Shown here one piece after another: positions 25,802 through 33,666 of a stretch of DNA of 64,000 nucleotides; position 1 is the first letter of the stretch, and every line of letters begins with the position of its first letter. Where the stretch lies: NCBI GenBank assembly GCA_030038175.1, contig JASHPN010000234.1, positions 5,168 to 69,167 on the forward strand, written 5' to 3'. Under the pieces are notes generated by a model. It ran no database searches, was not told the origin of the DNA, and worked only from the letters and a program-made list of their open reading frames with translations. The DNA comes from Verrucomicrobiia bacterium (GTDB taxonomy: Bacteria; Verrucomicrobiota; Verrucomicrobiia; Limisphaerales; UBA11358). The position numbers and the translations under genes were made by a program.

Positions 25802-28138
25802 TCAAATCACCGTCAGGATCGTTTTCTGCAAATCTGTGTCGCGCGAGGAATTGCCCAACTGAATGGCAAATTCGCCCGGCTCGACGGTGTATTTCATATG
25901 GATGTCGTAAAAAGCGAGCGATTCGGGTGTGATCTCGAGGGCGACCGTTTTGGTCTCGCCGGTTTCGAGGAAAATCTTTTGAAAACCTTTAAGCTCCTTC
26001 ACCGGCCGGGTCACCGAACTGACCAGATCGCGGATATAAAGCTGAACCGTCTCCGTCCCGGCGCGCTGGCCGGCGTTCGTGACCTCTACTAAAACCTTTG
26101 TCCGCTCGTTGCGTTTGATTTTTTTCTTCGCGAGCCGGAGGTTTTTAAATTCGAATCGGGTGTAACTCAGGCCGAAACCAAACGGAAACAACGGCGAAAC
26201 CTCGTCGAACAAATAGCCGCGCCGTGCCGATGGTTTGTAGTTGTAATACGCGGGCAGATGACCGGCCGAGCGCGGAATCGTAATGGGCAACTTGCCGCCC
26301 GGGTTAAAGTCGCCGAATAAAAGGTCGGCGACCGCGCGGCCGCACTCCTGTCCCAGATACCAGCACTCGAATATCGCTGGAGCATTTTCCGCGAGAAAAT
26401 GGATGGCCAGCGGCCGCCCGTTAAAAAGCAAAACGATCACCGGTTTCCCCGTCGCAATCATCGTCCGCGCCAGTGCATTTTGCGCCCCGAGCAACTCGAG
26501 ACTGGCGCGGTCGCCCATGTGTTTGAGCGACCAGGCTTCGCGCGACGTCTGCTCATTGCCGCCCAGGCATAATATGATTACGTCCGCGTCTTTCGCGACG
26601 ATGGTCGCTTCGCGAATTTGCTCGCGGTCTTCGGCCGGATCGCTCAAAAAAACTTCATCCCGCTGCCATGAGCCGCCATCCCGCGTGATTTTGCAGCCTT
26701 CACTGAAAGTCACCTTCACGCGACCGCTCACTTTTGCGCGGATGCCATCCAGCACCGTCATGTTGTGTTTCGGAACGCCGCTATAACCGCCGAGCAGTAC
26801 CCGATTGGCGTTGGGGCCAATCACGGCGATGGTTTTCATTTTCGCCGCATCGAGCGGCAGCAGCCCGTTTTCGTTTTTGAGCAGCGTGATGGTTTCGCGC
26901 GCTGCCTGGAGAGCCAGTTCGCGATTCGGTTCCGACCCGGCAAAGTTTTCGGCTTCCCCGGGGTCCACGAACGGGTCGTCAAATAAACCCATCTGAAATT
27001 TCCAAAACAGCATCGGCGCTACGAGTTCATTCAGGTCCGATTCACGAAGAATATTTTTGCGGACCAGTTCAACGAGGTGTAGATAACAATCCGGCTCGGG
27101 AAATTCGATGTTCACGCCGGCTTTGACCGCGAGAGCGCACGCCTCGCGTTTGTCTTTGGCGACAAAATGCCCGTGCGTGTCCGGGCGCTCATGCAGTTCC
27201 CAAATGGAATAGTAATCCGAAACGACAAAGCCTCTGAAACCCCATTCCTTCCGCAACACGTCGTGGAGGAGCCAGCGGTTGGCGTGCGAAGGCACGCCGT
27301 CAATTTCGTTATAGCTGGCCATGACGCTGACCGCGCCGGCTTTTTGGATGCAATCGCGGAAGGGACGCAAAAACGTTTCGCGCAGTACGCGCTCGGAGAT
27401 ATTCACCGGCGCGCAATTCATGCCCGATTCGGGCTGGCCGTGCGCGGCGAAATGTTTCAGCGTGGCGATGACGCGGTCTTTATTTTTGAATTGGCCGTCG
27501 CCTTGAAACCCGCGCACCGCGGCCATGGCCAGTTGCGTGTTGAGGAACGGATCTTCCCCGTAGGTTTCTTCGACGCGCCCCCAGCGTGGGTCGCGTGCCA
27601 CGTCCACCACCGGCGTGAGCGCCTGGTGCGCGCCGCGCAGGCGCGTTTCCCGGGCCGTCATGGTGAACAATTTTTCGACCAGCTCGGGATTGAACGTCGC
27701 TGCCAGCCCAATCGGCTGCGGGAAACTGGTGCCATCCCTGGCCGCGTGGCCGTGAAGGCATTCTTCGTGAAAAAAAACCGGGATTCCCAGCCGCGTATTC
27801 TCCAGAAAAAATTTTTGGATGGCGTTGGTCAATTCCGCCATGCCGCGCGCCGTTTTGCCGTCCGCCGGTGTGGCGGGATTCGCCCCCGCGTCGCTGGGGC
27901 GGCCCACTTGCCCAATCCCGTGGCCGTCTTTGAACGCGGCCCGGGCCCTGGCAAAATCAAAATGACCCCGCGCGTCCAAAAGCTTTTCGGACTTCTGCTG
28001 CCAAACGCACCTCATCTGCGCCGCCTTTTCCTCCAGCGTCATCCGTGCCAGCAAATCCGCGACGCGGCGGGCCGCCGGAGCGGCGCGGTTCTTGTATAGC
28101 GGAAGAGGGTCTGCGTGGTTAATTTTTTTCTTAGGCAT
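25802..28138 (-). CDS. Glycoside hydrolase family 3 (beta-glucosidase/beta-xylosidase), cytoplasmic
   Basis: From ATG 28138 the protein begins MPKKKINHADPLPLYKN...LLARMTLEEKAAQM. The GH3 nucleophile region GFRGFVVSDY and a C-terminal FnIII-like domain are present. The track start 28222 is a TTG extension. Confidence 0.95.
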   Translation of the reverse strand: MPKKKINHADPLPLYKNRAAPAARRVADLLARMTLEEKAAQMRCVWQQKSEKLLDARGHFDFARARAAFKDGHGIGQVGRPSDAGANPATPADGKTARGMAELTNAIQKFFLENTRLGIPVFFHEECLHGHAARDGTSFPQPIGLAATFNPELVEKLFTMTARETRLRGAHQALTPVVDVARDPRWGRVEETYGEDPFLNTQLAMAAVRGFQGDGQFKNKDRVIATLKHFAAHGQPESGMNCAPVNISERVLRETFLRPFRDCIQKAGAVSVMASYNEIDGVPSHANRWLLHDVLRKEWGFRGFVVSDYYSIWELHERPDTHGHFVAKDKREACALAVKAGVNIEFPEPDCYLHLVELVRKNILRESDLNELVAPMLFWKFQMGLFDDPFVDPGEAENFAGSEPNRELALQAARETITLLKNENGLLPLDAAKMKTIAVIGPNANRVLLGGYSGVPKHNMTVLDGIRAKVSGRVKVTFSEGCKITRDGGSWQRDEVFLSDPAEDREQIREATIVAKDADVIILCLGGNEQTSREAWSLKHMGDRASLELLGAQNALARTMIATGKPVIVLLFNGRPLAIHFLAENAPAIFECWYLGQECGRAVADLLFGDFNPGGKLPITIPRSAGHLPAYYNYKPSARRGYLFDEVSPLFPFGFGLSYTRFEFKNLRLAKKKIKRNERTKVLVEVTNAGQRAGTETVQLYIRDLVSSVTRPVKELKGFQKIFLETGETKTVALEITPESLAFYDIHMKYTVEPGEFAIQLGNSSRDTDLQKTILTVI

Positions 28139-28213
28139 AAATTTGCCGGCGTCGGCCAGGCCACGCGAGCATAATGAACCAGCCTTTATTGACGAATACC
28201 ACTGCGTATCACA

Positions 28214-28231
28214 ATCAGTCAAACGTCGTAT
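28214..28231. promoter_or_regulatory. Weaker candidate operator, site 4 (ATCAGTCAAACGTCGTAT, 14/18 match)
   Basis: Lies 76 bp upstream of the GH3 ATG (28138). The right half-site CGTCGTAT plus flanking TTG matches sites 1-3, but the left half is degenerate. Confidence 0.3.
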
Positions 28232-28250
28232 TGCGAACGACTGCCATTAT

Positions 28251-28290
28251 CGGAGCGCCACTGGGTCCCGTCTGCGGGACCAGTCGCAGC
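28251..28290 (+). repeat. Palindromic interspersed repeat, family D, copy 1
   Basis: CGGAGCGCCACTGGGTCCCGTCTGCGGGACCAGTCGCAGC matches the reverse complement of 63827..63866 at 38/40 positions. It contains the hairpin GGTCCCG-TCTG-CGGGACC. Confidence 0.8.
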
Positions 28291-28449
28291 ACTGACATGC
28301 CGAAACGCCGGGGAGCCATGGGGGAATAGCGCGAATCCGCTATCGGGCCAATTGGGCAAACCTCGCTCTCGGACTTCCCCCCGGAAACGGTCGCGCATTT
28401 AATTCAGGAACCATCCAGGCAGCTCGACCTATCGAGCTGCCGGGCGACT

Positions 28450-28486
28450 ATTCTCCCTCTCCCAACGGGAGAGGGCAGGGGAGAAT
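28450..28486 (+). repeat. Palindromic interspersed repeat, family A, intergenic copy
   Basis: ATTCTCCCTCTCCCAACGGGAGAGGGCAGGGGAGAAT has the same arms as the copies at 34961 and 41107. Confidence 0.8.
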
Positions 28487-28656
28487 TGTGCGAATAACGA
28501 CGATGATCGATCCAAACAATTATTGGCCGAATCCTAACTTGCGTCTTTTCAACCTTCGCGCTTTTGCGCTAAGCCGCGCTCCCTCAATTTCTCCCAAATT
28601 TTTGATTTCAATTTTTGCAAGGAACCGGCATTTTGGTTTTTCCAACAGCCAACGTT

Positions 28657-29922
28657 ATGGGCAATCGCCGTGAATTTCTCAAATCCGCCGCCGCCATGGG
28701 CGTTGCGGGCGTCGCCGGAATGGGGTCAATTGCTTCCCTCGCGCAAACCACGGCGCTGCCGGCCGCCACAACTTCCGATCGCGCGTATTGGCTGGCCGTC
28801 ATGCAAAAGCTTGCCGGGCCCGTATTGGAAAATCTGTCGCGACGGCAACTCAAAAAAACGATGCCGGTCGAAGCCACCAATCCCGCCCGCCGAAAGCCCT
28901 ATACGCATCTCGAAGCCTTTGGCCGGCTGACGGCGGGGCTTGCACCTTGGTTGGTGGCAACCGGTCTGGATGACGACGAAAGAGAACTGCAGGCCAAATT
29001 TGCGCAACTTGCCTGTGTTTCGCTGGATGCTGCCACCGACCGGCACTCGCCTGATTTTATGAATTTCGATCATGGCGGGCAGCCGCTCGTGGATGCGGCG
29101 TTTTTGGCCCAGGGCATTTTGCGCGCCCCGGCCGCGCTCTGGCAATCGTGCGAGCCGCGCATCCAGGGCCAGGTCGTCGCGGCGCTCAAATCGTCGCGAA
29201 AAATTCGCACGCCGGAGAGCAACAATTGGGTCATGTTCGCCGCCACGGTTGAAGCCGCCCTGCACACCATGGGCGAAACGACGGTGAAAGAGCGTTACGA
29301 AGATTGCGTCGCTCACATGCTCTCTTGGTACAAAGGCGACGGGGCGTATGGCGACGGAGAATATTTTCATTGGGATTACTACAACAGCTTTGTCATTCAC
29401 CCCATGCTGTTGGATGTGTTGAATATTCTGAAGGAACAGGACAAAGATTTTGAGCCGACATACCAAACTGAGTTGGTGCGGGCGCGGCGGTATGCGGAAA
29501 TTCAGGAGCGGTTCATTGCGCCGGACGGCACCTTTCCATCCGTCGGACGTTCAACGACGTATCGGTTTGGAGCGTTCCATCTGCTCGCGCAAATTGCGCT
29601 CATGGGGGAATTGCCGCCGCGCGTCAAGCCGGAACAAGTCCGGTGCGCTCTCACTGCGGTGATTCGAAAAATGATGGATGCGCCCGGAACCTTTGACGAA
29701 AAGGGCTGGCTGCAAATTGGATTTTGCGGCCATCAACCGTCGCTGGCGGAAGAGTATATTTCGACCGGCAGCCTCTATCTTTGCGCAACCGCGTTATTGC
29801 CCCTGGGATTGCCTCCTGCGGACCAGTTCTGGAGCGCCCCGCCGGCGCCCTGGACTTCCCAACAAATCTGGCACGGCGACCCCCTCCCGCCCGACCACGC
29901 CATAACGGATCGCCCTGCGTAG
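28657..29922 (+). CDS. DUF2264-like protein with twin-arginine (Tat) signal
   Basis: From ATG 28657 the protein begins MGNRREFLKSAAAMGVAGVAGMGSIASLAQT (RREFLK Tat motif). It shares motifs with the 20017..22071 paralog, as listed for that feature. Confidence 0.55.
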   Translation: MGNRREFLKSAAAMGVAGVAGMGSIASLAQTTALPAATTSDRAYWLAVMQKLAGPVLENLSRRQLKKTMPVEATNPARRKPYTHLEAFGRLTAGLAPWLVATGLDDDERELQAKFAQLACVSLDAATDRHSPDFMNFDHGGQPLVDAAFLAQGILRAPAALWQSCEPRIQGQVVAALKSSRKIRTPESNNWVMFAATVEAALHTMGETTVKERYEDCVAHMLSWYKGDGAYGDGEYFHWDYYNSFVIHPMLLDVLNILKEQDKDFEPTYQTELVRARRYAEIQERFIAPDGTFPSVGRSTTYRFGAFHLLAQIALMGELPPRVKPEQVRCALTAVIRKMMDAPGTFDEKGWLQIGFCGHQPSLAEEYISTGSLYLCATALLPLGLPPADQFWSAPPAPWTSQQIWHGDPLPPDHAITDRPA

Positions 29923-29950
29923 GAGTTGACGTAAGGACGCTCTGACTACC
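29922..29950 (+). repeat. Interspersed repeat, family B, diverged copy
   Basis: GGAGTTGACGTAAGGACGCTCTGACTACC compared with the core GGAGCCGACGTAAGGAGGCTCTGAC(A/T)AAC of the copies at 40420 and 51719. It begins at the stop codon of the upstream gene. Confidence 0.55.
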
Positions 29951-30057
29951 CATCCATCTCCCGTTGCCGTAACCATGCGGTTAAGTTTCTCACGCCAAGG
30001 CCGCAAAGGCCGCAAAGAGAAATACGTTGCGCCCATTGCGCCCTTTGCGTGAGGCGT

Positions 30058-31029
30058 TTATGGTTTCTCCGAAATGGCATCAATAATCCCCTGGTCCTGA
30101 ACAATGGACCAATTGGGGTCCGGATTATATTCCTTCATGTGGGCGCCGATGCGCGTCGATTTTTTTCCAAAATCCTGCTGAAACACCTGGCCTTCCTGGT
30201 TGACGATAAAAGTCATAATGCCGGACTCGCCCCATTTTTCCGGGTAAGCCACCAGGGCAAAGCCTCCGCTTAAATCGTCCCCGTTCAAGTAATCCTTTTT
30301 TCCGCCGGGCGCGGCGGCGCCCTGCCGGGTCAATATCCTGAAATAGTAGCCGTGGAACGGATGCGGCCCGGCGCCGTGATGGTGACCGTAGCCCTCCGCT
30401 TGCGCCTCTGCGACCAAAGCCCCAAACGGACTGGGCGTTTCGCCGTCGGCTGCCGGCCAATAGAGTCCGTCCTTTTTGCCAGGGCTGCTCTTGAATTTTT
30501 GCGCATACATACCGCCATTCATGGCCGCATATTGCCGTTGCGCCTCCACGTAGGCCCGGCAAACGCCAATGGCCGTCAGTTCGTCCCGGCCAACGTGCCG
30601 ATCTATGATTTCCTCTTTCCCTTCCGCCGTATCAAAAAACCATTGCCCATTGGTTTCAACCAGCGGGACCGGCATTGGCCAATCGTTGGTTCCCACATCC
30701 ACAATCACGCGATTATCGCTTTCCCTTTCGAGGGTGCAGCTTTCGGACATTGCGAGGGCGAAGTGGCGGGTATTGTTGGCGTCCTGCACTTTGTCGCCCG
30801 TCTTCAGCGATTTATAATCCGGTCCGAAGATTTGGGCCAATGCGTCCTGGTCCCCGGCCTCCACGGCGGCGCGCAAGGCATTGACAGCCTCATTCGGCGA
30901 GCTAAACGTTTTCTGGTCCGCCGCCGGCGCGCCGGCCGAATCATCTGCGCGCAGATTCAAGGACAAAGTACAAAGGGCAAGGGCCACCAGGGCCTGGAAG
31001 TAAGTGGAAGATTTCATAGGATGCTTCAT
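30058..31029 (-). CDS. DUF2950 family secreted protein
   Basis: Signal peptide present. Family-typical motifs FHGYYFRILTRQG and GGFALVAYPEKWGESGIMTFIVNQEGQVFQQDFG. Confidence 0.8.
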   Translation of the reverse strand: MKHPMKSSTYFQALVALALCTLSLNLRADDSAGAPAADQKTFSSPNEAVNALRAAVEAGDQDALAQIFGPDYKSLKTGDKVQDANNTRHFALAMSESCTLERESDNRVIVDVGTNDWPMPVPLVETNGQWFFDTAEGKEEIIDRHVGRDELTAIGVCRAYVEAQRQYAAMNGGMYAQKFKSSPGKKDGLYWPAADGETPSPFGALVAEAQAEGYGHHHGAGPHPFHGYYFRILTRQGAAAPGGKKDYLNGDDLSGGFALVAYPEKWGESGIMTFIVNQEGQVFQQDFGKKSTRIGAHMKEYNPDPNWSIVQDQGIIDAISEKP

Positions 31030-31038
31030 TCGCCTTGT

Positions 31039-31254
31039 TTAATGATGGTGACGGCTCTCATAACCCCGGTGACTCCAGCCACGGACGTCGTGGCCATGGC
31101 CATAATCGCCGCCAAAAATCACGGGACCTGGCGGCCCTACGACAACGGCTCCGCCGCCGCCATCAACGTAGCCGACACAACTGGTAAGTAATGAAATAAG
31201 GGTGATACATGAAATGCTCACGCCGATACCGAAAACCAACCTCCTTTTATTCAT
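31039..31254 (-). CDS. Small Gly/His-rich putative lipoprotein
   Basis: From ATG 31254 the protein reads MNKRRLVFGIGVSISCITLISLLTSCVGYVDGGGGAVVVGPPGPVIFGGDYGHGHDVRGWSHRGYESRHHH. It has a lipobox-like LLTSC and a His-rich tail, and lies 9 bp upstream of the DUF2950 gene. Confidence 0.45.
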   Translation of the reverse strand: MNKRRLVFGIGVSISCITLISLLTSCVGYVDGGGGAVVVGPPGPVIFGGDYGHGHDVRGWSHRGYESRHHH

Positions 31255-31486
31255 GCACAAACATAATCTAAAAAGCAAATTTGGCAAATCAATGACAATG
31301 AGTGCAGAAAGCCGGCCCATGAATCGGCGAGCACATCCTGCGCCGCCGCTAACTGAGTTCTCCTGCCAATCCGTCCTCCGTTGTCCCGCTCTGTGGCGGG
31401 ACAGAGGATGGACGGGGGGAGGGTAGGGTCACGGAGATCGTCGAGCCAAAGCCCCGCCGGTTCATGGGGAGCGTGTCGCCCGTGTT

Positions 31487-32581
31487 TTAGCCCGCCTTCC
31501 GCCCGTAAAATTCCGCGATCGTATTGCAAACGGCATCCGCCGCTTCCAATGTCATTTCCCCATGAATTGGCAGTGACAGGATTTCTTTGACGGCCTGTTC
31601 GGTGCGCGGCAATTTCGGGACGTAGGGGAACAAGCCGGCCACGGCGGGTTGCAAATGGTTCGGTTTGGGATAATGGATGCCGGTTTCGATGTTTTTCTCT
31701 TTGAGAAATTTTTGCAGGTCATCGCGCTTTTCGGCGCGCACCACGTACATGTGATAGACGGGCGTCGCCCATTCCCGCCTGGGCGGCGTCTGAACAATGC
31801 CTTTGAGGCGGGTATCGTAATGCGCGGCGATCTTGCGGCGGACTTCGTTGAATCCATCCAGGTGTTTCAGCATCACCCGACCGATGGCGGCGTTGATTTC
31901 ATTGAAGCGCACGTTGTAGCCGGCAAATTCGTGGTCATATTTGCCCTGGCGGCCATGGTTGCGGAGCATGCGAAGGCGATCGGCCATTTGTGTGTTGTTC
32001 GTGCAGATGCAGCCGCCGTCGCCCAGCACGGTGAGATTTTTGGAGGGGAAAAAGCTGAACGCCCCAAAATTGCCCATGCTCCCAACGGTTTTGCCCTTGT
32101 ATTTGGCGCCTTGCGCCTGGGCGCAATCTTCGATCACCCACAGGTTGTGCTTTTTTGCGATCGCGAGGAGCCGATCATTATCAATGGGATGGCCGTAAAG
32201 ATGCACGCCAATGATTCCGACCGTGCGGGGTGTAATGAGCGATTCCACGTGCGCCAGGTCCATGACATAGGTGTCGTCAATGTCGGCAAAGACGGGCCTC
32301 GCGCCCAGGTGCATGAGCGGTTCCATGCTGGGAAAAGCGGTGTGGCTGGGAACAAGAATTTCGTCACCTGGACCAACGCCCTGGAGTTGGTGCAGAAGAT
32401 AGACAATCATCGTCCAGGAACTGCCGAGCACCGCCGTGGCCGTGCCGGTATGCGCGGCCAATTCGGCTTCGAACGCCTGCGATTCTTTGCCGAGGATGTA
32501 CTGGCCGGACCGAATCGCGCGCAGCGCGGCTTCCTCCACTTCCGGGTTTATGAAACATTTTGACAACGGGATTTTTTGCAT
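31487..32581 (-). CDS. DegT/DnrJ/EryC1/StrS family PLP-dependent sugar aminotransferase
   Basis: The protein begins MQKIPLSKCFINPEVEEAALRAIRSGQYILGKESQAFEAELAAHTG and carries the PLP-lysine region FSFFPSKNLT. Its 364 aa length is typical of the family. Confidence 0.9.
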   Translation of the reverse strand: MQKIPLSKCFINPEVEEAALRAIRSGQYILGKESQAFEAELAAHTGTATAVLGSSWTMIVYLLHQLQGVGPGDEILVPSHTAFPSMEPLMHLGARPVFADIDDTYVMDLAHVESLITPRTVGIIGVHLYGHPIDNDRLLAIAKKHNLWVIEDCAQAQGAKYKGKTVGSMGNFGAFSFFPSKNLTVLGDGGCICTNNTQMADRLRMLRNHGRQGKYDHEFAGYNVRFNEINAAIGRVMLKHLDGFNEVRRKIAAHYDTRLKGIVQTPPRREWATPVYHMYVVRAEKRDDLQKFLKEKNIETGIHYPKPNHLQPAVAGLFPYVPKLPRTEQAVKEILSLPIHGEMTLEAADAVCNTIAEFYGRKAG

Positions 32582-32625
32582 AAATTTTTAATTTCCAATT
32601 CGGGCTAATTCGCGTAATTCGCGGA

Positions 32626-33615
32626 TTATCCGTCTGTCGTCTCAACTGCCTTGCCGGTTTTAGCGGATTCCAGCGCCGCATTCAGGACACGCACAGAATC
32701 GAAGCCGGCCCATGCGTCAGCGAGCGGCGTGGCGCGGGTTTTGATGGAATTGAGAAACGCGCGCAGTTCTGCCAGTAATGGTTCTTCGGGAGGCGTTTCG
32801 ATCTGGCTGACCACGCCCTCGGTGGCTTTGACGTCGTTGCCGGCCAGTTCGTGGCGATTTGCATACGTCTTGATCTTATATTGCGCGACATTGTAATCGC
32901 AAACCGCGCTCAATTTGTCACCGCAAACGACCACTTCGCGGAATTTGCCGGGAATGAAATAATCGTTTTCCACTGTGGCCCAGGTTTTGCCGTGCGGCGT
33001 GTCGTATTCCAGTGAGACGAAGGAGACGTCCTCCATGCCGCGGCCCATGAAATCGTGATGAATCGCCAGGACGCTTTTGGGCATGGCGCCAAGGATGAAA
33101 TTGAACAAATCCATGAAATGCACGCCGTCGGCGAACATAACGCCGCCATCATTGCGCGGGCGTTTGAACCCGCCAAAATGTCCGCGGATCATATTGACCC
33201 GGCCGAAATCGCCGTTCTTGACGGCGTCACGCAGCCAGAGGGACGCGGGATCAAAACGCAAAATGTGGCCAACCTGCAAAATGCGTTTGTGTTTGTCCGC
33301 CAGTTCCGCCAGTTGCTTTGACTCGTCATTGGCGACCGTGAGCGGTTTTTCCACGAAAACGTCCTTGCCCGCCTCTATAAATTCCTTGCCCAACGCAAAA
33401 TGCGTTTGCGCCGGCGTCACAATGACCACGCCATCCACCTTGTCGGCAAAATCTTTGTAATGAGTGGTAAGTCTTTCGGCCGGTATGCCCAATTTGCGGG
33501 CGGGTTCAAGTTGCTTTTCGCCAATTTCCGCGACAAACAATTCAATCGGGAGTGAATGGAGATTGCGCAGATGATTGACACCCCACCTGCCGAGCCCGAT
33601 TAATAAGATTCTCAT
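32626..33615 (-). CDS. Gfo/Idh/MocA family NAD(P)-dependent (sugar-nucleotide) oxidoreductase
   Basis: From ATG 33615 the protein begins MRILLIGLGRWGVNHLRN (Rossmann GxGxxG), with VFVEKPL in the EKP motif region. It lies directly upstream of the DegT aminotransferase. Confidence 0.85.
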   Translation of the reverse strand: MRILLIGLGRWGVNHLRNLHSLPIELFVAEIGEKQLEPARKLGIPAERLTTHYKDFADKVDGVVIVTPAQTHFALGKEFIEAGKDVFVEKPLTVANDESKQLAELADKHKRILQVGHILRFDPASLWLRDAVKNGDFGRVNMIRGHFGGFKRPRNDGGVMFADGVHFMDLFNFILGAMPKSVLAIHHDFMGRGMEDVSFVSLEYDTPHGKTWATVENDYFIPGKFREVVVCGDKLSAVCDYNVAQYKIKTYANRHELAGNDVKATEGVVSQIETPPEEPLLAELRAFLNSIKTRATPLADAWAGFDSVRVLNAALESAKTGKAVETTDG

Positions 33616-33666
33616 ATCTGAAAGAGGAATTATTTCAGTAATACTGTCTTGGTTCAAGTGAAAATC

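Noticed and set aside
28139-28222. N-terminal extensions offered by the ORF track (GH3 to 28222; also GH30 to 5516, apgM to 37713, glgB to 54155, ygfZ-like from 40523, sensor from 39002, tail-fibre-like from 61267)
   Set aside because: The track takes the longest ATG/GTG/TTG ORF. The extensions overlap upstream genes or intergenic repeats and precede obvious signal peptides or conserved family N-termini, so internal ATGs were preferred.
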